From contig CAZAVR010000002.1 in NCBI GenBank assembly GCA_964488435.1, positions 1 through 36,347 of the forward strand: 36,347 nucleotides of DNA. The letters run 5' to 3'. The DNA comes from an uncultured Cytophagales bacterium (GTDB taxonomy: Bacteria > Bacteroidota > Bacteroidia > Cytophagales > Spirosomataceae). This document shows, one piece after another, positions 28,981 to 36,261 of this stretch. The notes beneath the pieces are model-generated. The model saw only the letters and a program-made list of their open reading frames with translations. It ran no database searches and was not told where the DNA came from. The translations under genes were made by a program, and so were the position numbers. Each line of letters starts with the position of its first letter. Within the stretch, counting starts at the first letter, position 1.

Positions 28981-30267
28981 TCAGTACCACTCCAGGATTC
29001 CCTGGTTGAGAATTCCGGTGCTTCTGCCTTTGAGGCTGCGTCCTAAAAACGGCGAATTGACAGATTTGGATTCGCTGCGGTCAAATACCCATTCTTCTTC
29101 GGGATCAAAGAAAGTAAGATTCGCTTCTGCTCCTTCTTCAATGGAAAGTGAGGTCAGGCCGAGAATTCTTCTGGGCTGAGAGGTGAACTTTTCAAGAAGG
29201 TCTTCCAAAGGCAATTTCGCATATTGTAATGCCACCGAGAATGCGGTCTCTAACCCGGTGATACCGAATTCTGCCAGGTCAAATTCCAGATTCTTACTTT
29301 CTTCCGCATGCGGACTGTGATCGGACACAATAGCATCTATGGTGCCCTCCTGTAAACCCTTTCTCAATGCTTTGACATCTTGCTCCGACCTGAAGGGAGG
29401 ACTTACTTTCAGGTTGGTATCGAAAGAGATCAGTGCCGAGTCATCGAAAGCGAGCTGATGGGCAGCAATATCACATGTTACCGGAAGCCCTTTCTGTTTG
29501 GCGGCCTTGATAAGTCTGACCGATCCGGACGAAGATATAAGCGAGAAGTGAAGCAGTGGCGGGTGCGATCCTTTATGATTACTTGTTTCCAGGGAGTATT
29601 CCAGCAGCATGAGATCACGGGTGATCATCATCTCCTCTGACAGTGACGGAATGCCCTTAAAGCCGAGGAGCGTGCTGGTGCGTCCTTCGTGCATTTGTCC
29701 AAAAGCCGACAGTTGCCGGTCGTCCGGTCGGTTGATGAGCAAGCCGTTAAAAGGGCGGAGATAAAGAAGCGATTTGAGAAGGATATCGGCATTCGAAATA
29801 GGATTTTCTCCGTCAGTAAATGCTACCGCACCGGTATGGTGCATATCTATCATTTCTGTAAAATCCACGCCCTTCGCCATTTTTGTTACAGACGAAGTAG
29901 GGAGTAGTGTGACCGGGCTGTCCTGTCCGGCTGATAGTATGTATTTTAGCGTGTCTTTGGAATCGACTACAGGATGCGTATTCGGAAGTAGAAGAATTCC
30001 GGTAAATCCTCCCCGGGCAGCGGCTTTTTGCAGAGAGCTGATGTCCTCAACAAGCTCGTGTCCGGGGTCCCTGAGTGCCACCCTCATATCAAGCCAGCCC
30101 GGAGACACAGACATCCCTTTTTTTTCGATTATCTCAATTCCTTTTTCGGCGGGAATTGCCGGTGCGATACGGGAAATTTTTCCGTTTTCGACGAGGAGAT
30201 CGACCACTTTGTTGTGGTGGGCAGATGGTTTATCGATGATCCTAACCGAACGAATCAGAATACGCAT
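28981..30267 (-). CDS. dihydroorotase-like amidohydrolase (intact copy), probably a non-catalytic PyrC'-type
   Basis: 428 aa, collinear with class I dihydroorotases (SPGWLD..., AAARGGFTGILLLPNTHPV, AFTDGE, VTCDIAAHQL, IVSDHSPH). The metal-binding DxHxH is replaced by DMRVALRDPG. Confidence 0.8.
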   Translation of the reverse strand: MRILIRSVRIIDKPSAHHNKVVDLLVENGKISRIAPAIPAEKGIEIIEKKGMSVSPGWLDMRVALRDPGHELVEDISSLQKAAARGGFTGILLLPNTHPVVDSKDTLKYILSAGQDSPVTLLPTSSVTKMAKGVDFTEMIDMHHTGAVAFTDGENPISNADILLKSLLYLRPFNGLLINRPDDRQLSAFGQMHEGRTSTLLGFKGIPSLSEEMMITRDLMLLEYSLETSNHKGSHPPLLHFSLISSSGSVRLIKAAKQKGLPVTCDIAAHQLAFDDSALISFDTNLKVSPPFRSEQDVKALRKGLQEGTIDAIVSDHSPHAEESKNLEFDLAEFGITGLETAFSVALQYAKLPLEDLLEKFTSQPRRILGLTSLSIEEGAEANLTFFDPEEEWVFDRSESKSVNSPFLGRSLKGRSTGILNQGILEWY

Positions 30268-30342
30268 AACTAGGGAATATAACGGTCACTTAAAACACGG
30301 TCTATAAATGAGCTGATTATGAGACCGGCGGGTAATAACGAC

Positions 30343-30366
30343 AAAAAAAAAGCCCCTTCCGGAGCT
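30343..30366 (-). terminator. rho-independent terminator of gcvH
   Basis: On the minus strand: AGCTCC-GGAA-GGGGCT (6-bp stem including one G-U pair, with a GGAA tetraloop) immediately followed by T9. It lies 8 nt downstream of the gcvH stop. Confidence 0.65.
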
Positions 30367-30373
30367 AACCTGC

Positions 30374-30754
30374 TTATTGTCCGATAAGCTTTTTATAATC
30401 CCCGGCTGAAAGCAGGTTCTCGTAAGCAGTTACGTCAGACACTTTTACTTTCACCATCCAGCCTTTATGATAAGGATCGCTATTGACAAGTTCCGGTGCT
30501 CCGTCCAGTTCAGGATTGATCTCGAGGATCTCACCCGCCATCGGAAGAAAGAGATCTGAAACCGTTTTTACCGCTTCCACCGACCCGAAAACATCTCCCT
30601 CCTCCAGTGTTTCTCCTATGGTTGGAATATCTATATAGACGATGTCTCCCAGTTCATTTTGGGCGTGTTCAGTGATTCCAACCACAGCTATATCGCCTTC
30701 CAAGCGCACCCATTCGTGGTCTTCTGTATATTTTAGTTCTTCAGGAAATGACAT
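30374..30754 (-). CDS. gcvH: glycine cleavage system H protein (lipoyl carrier)
   Basis: 126 aa. LKYTEDHEWVRLEGDIAVVGITEHAQNELGDIVY and the lipoyl-lysine motif SVEAVKTVSD are canonical GcvH. Confidence 0.95.
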   Translation of the reverse strand: MSFPEELKYTEDHEWVRLEGDIAVVGITEHAQNELGDIVYIDIPTIGETLEEGDVFGSVEAVKTVSDLFLPMAGEILEINPELDGAPELVNSDPYHKGWMVKVKVSDVTAYENLLSAGDYKKLIGQ

Positions 30755-31027
30755 ATAGATTTGGAATGAAGAATTTCGGGTTATGATTCAATGGCGCAAT
30801 GTTATATAAGATTAGCGAACTTTCCAAACGAAATACGAATATGATTTCGGGCGGAGGTAACTGTCCTGCCGGAGATGGCGAGCGTGGAGATCAGAGGATT
30901 TGGGGGGCTTCATTGAACTCCCGTTTCGGTAGGTTTCACTGTGGTTTATAATCAGTAAAGTGTGAAAACAAACTTGGTGATCTCAAATTCCGTATCTTTG
31001 TATTTTACAAGAATTACAGCGATTGTT

Positions 31028-32101
31028 ATGTTAGATAAGTTAGAGTCCATCAAGGAGCGTTTCGGGGAAGTAGAGCAGCAGATTATGCAACCGGAAGTTG
31101 TATCCGACTCTAAACGGTTTTCGAAGTTGAGCAAGGAGTACAAGGATCTGGGTCGTATAGTGGAACAGTATCAACAGTATCAGAAGGTTCTGAATAATAT
31201 AGCAGATGCAAAGGCGATCATTGCTGAAGAAAGCGATGAGGAGCTGCGCGAAATGGCGAAGGAAGAACTTAACGAACTGGTACCACGCCAGACGGAAATG
31301 GAGCAGGTGATCAAAGAGCTTTTGATCCCTAAAGATCCGAACGACAGCAGAAATATCATACTCGAAGTCAGGGCAGGTACCGGTGGGGATGAGGCGGCTA
31401 TTTTTGCCGGCGATCTGTTTCGAATGTATCAGCGTTTTATAGAGCGCACGGGCTTGAGGCTGTCAGTGTTGGATTTCACGGAAGGCTCTACCGGCGGATA
31501 CAAGGAAATTGTGTGTAAGGTGGAAGGCGAAGATGTGTATGCCAAACTCAAGTTCGAGTCAGGGGTGCACAGAGTGCAGCGGGTACCGGTGACCGAGTCA
31601 CAGGGAAGGGTTCATACCTCTGCTGCAACTGTGGCTGTATTGCCCGAGGCAGAGGAAGTGGATGTGGATGTAAGTTGGAATGACATCCGGATTGACACCT
31701 TTAACTCATCGGGTGCAGGTGGACAGTCCGTAAACACAACCTACTCAGCGGTGAGGCTCACACATATTCCTTCGGGGCTGGTGGTCAGTTGCCAGGACGA
31801 GCGTTCACAGCTGAAAAACAAGGAACGGGCGATGTCTGTGCTTCGTTCTCGTTTGTTCGAGATTGAGCGGCAGAAGCAGCATGATGCAATCAGTTCTCAG
31901 CGAAAGTCGATGGTGGGCTCCGGAGACAGATCTGATAAAATCCGCACGTATAATTATCCTCAAAGCCGTGTGACGGATCATCGTATCGGTTATACTGTTT
32001 ATAATTTGCCGGCGGTAATGGACGGAGAGATTGGCGATTTCATAGAGAATCTAAGGATTGCTGAAACAGCAGAAAGGATGCAGGAGGGAGAGATGGTGTA
32101 A
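31028..32101 (+). CDS. prfA: peptide chain release factor 1
   Basis: The RF1 tripeptide region RVPVTESQGRVHTS and the GGQ motif SSGAGGQSVNTT are present. I chose the ATG at 31028 (MLDKLESIKERF), internal to the track ORF that starts at 30962. Confidence 0.93.
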   Translation: MLDKLESIKERFGEVEQQIMQPEVVSDSKRFSKLSKEYKDLGRIVEQYQQYQKVLNNIADAKAIIAEESDEELREMAKEELNELVPRQTEMEQVIKELLIPKDPNDSRNIILEVRAGTGGDEAAIFAGDLFRMYQRFIERTGLRLSVLDFTEGSTGGYKEIVCKVEGEDVYAKLKFESGVHRVQRVPVTESQGRVHTSAATVAVLPEAEEVDVDVSWNDIRIDTFNSSGAGGQSVNTTYSAVRLTHIPSGLVVSCQDERSQLKNKERAMSVLRSRLFEIERQKQHDAISSQRKSMVGSGDRSDKIRTYNYPQSRVTDHRIGYTVYNLPAVMDGEIGDFIENLRIAETAERMQEGEMV

Positions 32102-32143
32102 AACTTCGTGTCTTAATATTTCGATTGGTCAAAAGCTTTAATA

Positions 32144-32428
32144 ATGTCCTTAACTGAATCAACTCTTTTTAAACTTTCCGATCAGCAGATTTCTTCTGAT
32201 CTTGCCGGAGAAAAAGTTATTCTGAACCATGATAAAGGCGCCTACTATGCGCTGGATGAGGTGGGTGCGCTTGTGTGGAGCGAGCTGGAGAAGGGTACAG
32301 CAAGCCTGGGCACACTCAAGGACCGGATTATGGAATACTATGAGATAGATCCAGAAACACTGCACGCTGATCTGACGGAACTCCTGAGAGAGCTCGTGGA
32401 AGAGAAGCTCGTGGAGAAAGTCGTGTAG
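32144..32428 (+). CDS. PqqD-family RiPP recognition element (lasso peptide B1-like chaperone)
   Basis: 94 aa with the length and pattern of PqqD/RRE proteins (ILNHDKGAYYALDEVGALVWSELEKG...LKDRIMEYYEIDPETLHADLTELLRELVEEKLV). It is directly followed by a B2-like gene after a 3-nt gap. Confidence 0.8.
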   Translation: MSLTESTLFKLSDQQISSDLAGEKVILNHDKGAYYALDEVGALVWSELEKGTASLGTLKDRIMEYYEIDPETLHADLTELLRELVEEKLVEKVV

Positions 32429-32431
32429 CTT

Positions 32432-32869
32432 ATGGTTTCACTCAGGGCGAATTACCGTAGATGGAAGACACTGACAGGAGATCAGAAAAGGGCTTTTCTG
32501 CGTGCCTCGGTGTTGTTGTCTGTGATAGGCCTTGGATTAAGGATTCTGCCTTTTTCACGTTTCAGGAAGTGGTATCATCGCCTGGCTTCGTCTTCAGTAA
32601 GCAGGGAGACAGAGGCCGAGGAGCTGGAGCGGGTATCCTGGGCGGTGCGTACCGCCGCTCATCATCTTCCCTTTACACTTTTGTGCCTTCCGCAGGCGCT
32701 GACACTAAAGTATATGCTTAGGCATGAGGCCGGTTTGAATTTGCATATCGGTGTTCAGAAAGATGCAGTGCAGGGTTTTATGGCGCACGCCTGGGTTGAA
32801 AAAGACAGTAGGACCATTATAGGAGATTTGCCTGAAATGAACTTTCAGCCTTTGTGGATATGGAATTAG
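32432..32869 (+). CDS. transglutaminase-like cysteine protease (lasso peptide B2-like leader peptidase)
   Basis: 145 aa. TLLCLPQALTLKYMLRHEAGLNLHIGV...FMAHAWVEKDSRTIIGD carries the Cys / His / Asp arrangement of McjB-C-terminal/B2 proteins. Confidence 0.8.
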   Translation: MVSLRANYRRWKTLTGDQKRAFLRASVLLSVIGLGLRILPFSRFRKWYHRLASSSVSRETEAEELERVSWAVRTAAHHLPFTLLCLPQALTLKYMLRHEAGLNLHIGVQKDAVQGFMAHAWVEKDSRTIIGDLPEMNFQPLWIWN

Positions 32870-32926
32870 GACTGTTTGGGAACACTTCGACTCGTCTGAC
32901 AATATTTAGATAGAACCGCTTTATCA

Positions 32927-33853
32927 ATGCATCATTACACGGCTTATGGGTTAAACTTTGCTTCTGATATCGAACTTGTCGAATGTGTACGCACGGATGC
33001 TGCACAGACAGACTTCGTGATCAGATCAGGTACGTTTCCCATCCCTGAACTTACACCGGTTAATATCAGAAGGCGCGGTGGGCAGGCCGCCTGCGCGATC
33101 GGGCCTGACGGAGCCTGCTATATACATTGGGAGGGCGTTGCGACTTTCAGGGCAGTGGAAGGGCGTCTGCTGGAAGTGCAGGCTTACACGAACCATGGAG
33201 ATGTACTAAGCCTTTTTACCGTTTGCGAGGCATTGGGATTGATTCTTTTTCAGCGACAATATTTCCTTCTCCATGCCAGTGCTGTACAGGTAGGCCATGA
33301 AGCGTGGGTATTTATTGCCAATCCGGGCACAGGTAAATCAACAACGTCGGCAGCATTTGTTAAGGCAGGCTGTCCTTTGTTAAGCGACGATCTGACTGCG
33401 ATTGTTTTCGATGACACGCAATCAGCCTACGTACAGCCGGGTTACCCTCAGCTGAAAATCTGGGAGTCTGCGGTTTCGGGGCTGGGCTATGATCCTGATC
33501 GTCTGCCCCTGGTTACAGAAGGTGTCCGGAAATATGCGTTGTATCCCAGTGAAAATTTTCCTTCGTCTCCGGTTAGATTGACAAAGATTTTCTTCCTGGA
33601 GCCTACCGGTGGCCCCACCGTTCCGGAGGAGATGAGTCCGGGGATTTTCCCTGTAGAATGCCTGAAACACTTTTCTCTTTCCAACTTCTTTATCAAGGCG
33701 GAGCATCAGGTAAGGTTTTTCAAACAGAGCGTGATGTGTGCCCGCTCGAGTACCATTTTCCGTCTATCCAGGCCGGACGGTTTCGCTGCGCTGGAGCAAT
33801 GGGTAGAGCGGTGTATTGAGGAGGCTTATTCTTCTGAAAAAACGGATAAGTAA
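32927..33853 (+). CDS. HPr-kinase-like (HprK-related) serine kinase
   Basis: 308 aa. LLHASAVQVGHEAWVFIANPGTGKSTTSAAFVKAGCPLLSDDLTAIV matches the P-loop plus (L/V)xxDD core of the HPr kinase C-terminal fold, as seen in lasso-peptide kinases. Confidence 0.75.
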   Translation: MHHYTAYGLNFASDIELVECVRTDAAQTDFVIRSGTFPIPELTPVNIRRRGGQAACAIGPDGACYIHWEGVATFRAVEGRLLEVQAYTNHGDVLSLFTVCEALGLILFQRQYFLLHASAVQVGHEAWVFIANPGTGKSTTSAAFVKAGCPLLSDDLTAIVFDDTQSAYVQPGYPQLKIWESAVSGLGYDPDRLPLVTEGVRKYALYPSENFPSSPVRLTKIFFLEPTGGPTVPEEMSPGIFPVECLKHFSLSNFFIKAEHQVRFFKQSVMCARSSTIFRLSRPDGFAALEQWVERCIEEAYSSEKTDK

Positions 33854-33858
33854 TTTTC

Positions 33859-34959
33859 ATGACCGATCTGAATATTTCTCCCGAACTTTCTTTGCTGCTT
33901 TCTGCCTGTCTGGCTGAGAAGCCTGCCCCGCCACCTGTAGCGGCTGTGGACTGGGAGGTATTCATACAACTCTCCAGGCAAAACGGGGTACTGGCTTTGG
34001 TAGCAGACCGCCTGGGAGATCTCGCTCCGGGCGAAATAGCGAGACGGATAACCAATGAGGCCGTTCTTCAGGCGATGCATAATCTCATGGCGATGCGGAG
34101 AATGCTGGAAGTGAAGAAGTGTTTGTCTGAGGCCGGTGTTCGTGCTTTTCCGATGAAAGGTCCGCTTTGGGGGTGGCTTTATTATAATAATACAGGATTG
34201 CGCAGTTTCGGGGATCTCGACTTTTTTATAGAGACGGGTGATCTGGTCAAAGGCGTGGACGCTTTGAAAACACTGGGATTCAGAATAGATGATTACAGAA
34301 CATATCTCCTGAGCGGCCATAATTTGTTCGAGGCGTACGTGAGGACTGACTATCAACTTGCGTTGACACCTGAAAAAGAGGGGGACGTCAAACTGATTGA
34401 GCTGCAATGGCGGAATACCTATCCAAGGTTCGGACGGTTTTATACATATACAGAACTGATGGATCGCCCTTCTGCGTATCTGATCAATGGTGAAGAGGTT
34501 TTGATTCCGCGTCGGGAGTATCAATTCCTGATGATAATCATCCATCATGGGCTTATCGAACAATGGGCACGCCTGAAGTATCTTGCTGATCTGGTCTTTT
34601 TTCTTCGTAAAGAGTCAGCGGATTTAGACTGGGATTTTATATGGTCTGAATCTCAGAAGAAAGGACTGCGGAAAATGTTGCTGTTAGGCTTGTATCTGGC
34701 CGAGAGATTTTCCGGACAATCCTACACACACGCTCCTGTTTCTTTCGAAACCCTTAAAGGATATCCGTTCTCCGCCTTGCTGAAGGCCTGGGAGGAAGGA
34801 GAATCCAAAAGTACTACGAAGTCAGCCAGGATTTTCAGCTATAGCTTTAGATATAAACAGGGTTTGCGCCATAAAGCAGCGCTTTTGTCTGCACACTTCA
34901 GCTACCTGACGGAATGGAAGCTTCTTTGGCATAAGGCCAGGTGGTACAGCAGGAAATAG
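33859..34959 (+). CDS. nucleotidyltransferase-fold protein (NTP_transf_5 / 'uncharacterised nucleotidyltransferase' type)
   Basis: 366 aa. AFPMKGPLWGWLYYNNTGLRSFGDLDFFI is the characteristic K-G...R-x-F-x-D-(L/I)-D motif of this family. It starts 5 nt after the kinase gene. Confidence 0.7.
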   Translation: MTDLNISPELSLLLSACLAEKPAPPPVAAVDWEVFIQLSRQNGVLALVADRLGDLAPGEIARRITNEAVLQAMHNLMAMRRMLEVKKCLSEAGVRAFPMKGPLWGWLYYNNTGLRSFGDLDFFIETGDLVKGVDALKTLGFRIDDYRTYLLSGHNLFEAYVRTDYQLALTPEKEGDVKLIELQWRNTYPRFGRFYTYTELMDRPSAYLINGEEVLIPRREYQFLMIIIHHGLIEQWARLKYLADLVFFLRKESADLDWDFIWSESQKKGLRKMLLLGLYLAERFSGQSYTHAPVSFETLKGYPFSALLKAWEEGESKSTTKSARIFSYSFRYKQGLRHKAALLSAHFSYLTEWKLLWHKARWYSRK

Positions 34960-35344
34960 GGGCATGTTTATCTGTGCTTGATCAGCGATCTTTCCGTGAC
35001 AGTTGTATTTAATAAAGGTTCATTCAGCGTAACGCTACGTTTATTGGGCACAAGGGAGACCTTTGCGCCAGCGGATTTATTGGGTACAAGTCCTCCTAGG
35101 TTAGCGGTCGTGGGGTCATGCCGACCACGGCGGAGTCATCTCCTGTTTAAACGGAAGGGGTGTATTTTTTTGAATGTCCATCGGGTGGAAGTGGGCTGAT
35201 CGAGATGGTAATTGGTAAAAGAACCCGTGCCAAACGCAAACCGGCTAACAAGGAGACCTGAAACTGATAAAGACGCGCGGCCTGGTGCATACCTCTGTTC
35301 CGTGGCCCGTGTCCCACGGGACTTTACTGGACAATGCTGGAGCT

Positions 35345-35380
35345 AGGTGTAGTTTGGAACTACACCTTTTTATTTTTTTG
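35345..35380 (+). terminator. strong rho-independent terminator
   Basis: A perfect 10-bp stem AGGTGTAGTT (35345..35354) / AACTACACCT (35358..35367) with a 3-nt loop, followed by TTTTATTTTTTTG. It is functional only in the + orientation. Confidence 0.75.
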
Positions 35381-35569
35381 GAGCTTGCAGTTCGTTTTTG
35401 AGAGTTCGATTCGCTACGGGATGTTGCCTGTGCCGGTTGTAGTTTGCGACTATGCCTTTCTATTTCTTAAAACTACACCCGGTCCCGGTAAGGATAGCAG
35501 ACCGGAACCGGATATGTTGGAAAAATGTTATATTCGTAGCTATATTGGTACTAAAAGTCAGATAAGGGC

Positions 35570-35845
35570 ATGACACATACGTTAACCATAGAAACAAGTA
35601 ATTCTACTTACTTTGAGCAATTCAAAAGACTTGCCCGGAAGTTAGGTGTAACTGCTATTGAGAAGCACGAAGATACTACTGCTTCGTCTATTGCCGGAAA
35701 AGAGATAGGACCCGAATCAGCCGATGAGAAAGAAGAGCTTTTTTATAGCCTGTTTGGTAGTTGGGAAGGTGATGAAACCGGAGATGAACTTGTTAGACAA
35801 ATATATTCGGCCAGGGTAAGCAATACGCGCGATATTGAATTATGA
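35570..35845 (+). CDS. putative type II antitoxin partnered with the PIN-domain toxin
   Basis: 91 aa and acidic. The C-terminal LFGSWEGDETGDELVRQIYSARVSN resembles antitoxins found upstream of Bacteroidetes PIN toxins. Its stop overlaps the downstream start in an ATGA. Confidence 0.6.
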   Translation: MTHTLTIETSNSTYFEQFKRLARKLGVTAIEKHEDTTASSIAGKEIGPESADEKEELFYSLFGSWEGDETGDELVRQIYSARVSNTRDIEL

Positions 35846-36261
35846 GCAAGTATCTCTTGGATACAAATATCTGTATTCATATCATCAAGGGCGAATTCAA
35901 CCTTAAGGCTAAAATTCAAAAAATTCGCTTTCAATCCTGCTATATATCAGAGATCACGGTTGCAGAGCTTTTGTATGGAGTTGCCAATAGTGTTCCTGAT
36001 AGAAAAGCTATCAACCTTCAAAGAGTATTAGACTTAAGAACCTCGTTTTCTGAACAGACAATTTCAATAAGTGAATGTTTGGAGGAATATGGCCAACAGA
36101 AAGCCCGGCTACGAAGTATTGGCAGAAGGGTAGAGGATTTAGATATTTTTATTGGCAGTACGGCGATCGTAAAGGGATTGACACTTGTAACCAGAAATAC
36201 AAAGGATTTCATCAATATGGCTGGTATCAATTTGGAAAACTGGATTGATGAACCATCATAA
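35842..36261 (+). CDS. vapC: PIN-domain ribonuclease toxin, VapC-like
   Basis: 139 aa. The N-terminal YLLDTNICIHIIKG (first acidic PIN residue), an internal acidic residue region, and the C-terminal LTLVTRNTKDF are typical of VapC. Confidence 0.8.
   Translation: MSKYLLDTNICIHIIKGEFNLKAKIQKIRFQSCYISEITVAELLYGVANSVPDRKAINLQRVLDLRTSFSEQTISISECLEEYGQQKARLRSIGRRVEDLDIFIGSTAIVKGLTLVTRNTKDFINMAGINLENWIDEPS

Larger units (their letters stand above)
26294..30140. repeat. tandem segmental duplication, copy 2 (3847-bp unit)
   Basis: Same evidence as copy 1. Identity continues through 30145 because of a 5-nt CTTTT microhomology shared by the two parental breakpoints. Confidence 0.93.

Noticed and set aside
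30841-30951. 36-aa micro-ORF MISGGGNCPAGDGERGDQRIWGASLNSRFGRFHCGL, considered as a lasso precursor (Gly-rich start, Asp at ring-forming distance)
   Set aside because: It would have essentially no leader peptide, no penultimate-Thr leader motif and no C-terminal Ser. It is separated from the B1 gene by the whole prfA gene. It lies in the gcvH/prfA divergent promoter region.
33826-34563. 245-aa minus-strand ORF inside the RiPP cassette
   Set aside because: It is antisense to the nucleotidyltransferase gene, whose family motif supports the plus frame, and it has no recognisable domain. The antisense ORFs at 17097..17771, 6895..7374, 8559..8951 and 18147..18596 were dismissed for the same reason.
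34978-35199. 73-aa TTG-initiated ORF downstream of the nucleotidyltransferase gene
   Set aside because: It has no in-frame ATG, an Arg/Gly/Leu-rich low-complexity composition, and it overlaps the repeat and hairpin features of the spacer. A neighbouring frame encodes ...FIGHKGDLCASGFIGYKSS ending in Ser-Ser, but that frame has no start codon at all.
35395-35425. tRNA-like T-loop sequence GAGAGTTCGATTCGC
   Set aside because: The flanking bases do not form a T-stem. No acceptor or anticodon arm can be drawn around it.
35334-35573. 79-aa ORF upstream of the antitoxin
   Set aside because: It reads straight through the 10-bp-stem intrinsic terminator and its T-tract (giving FLFFW). It is most likely non-coding.
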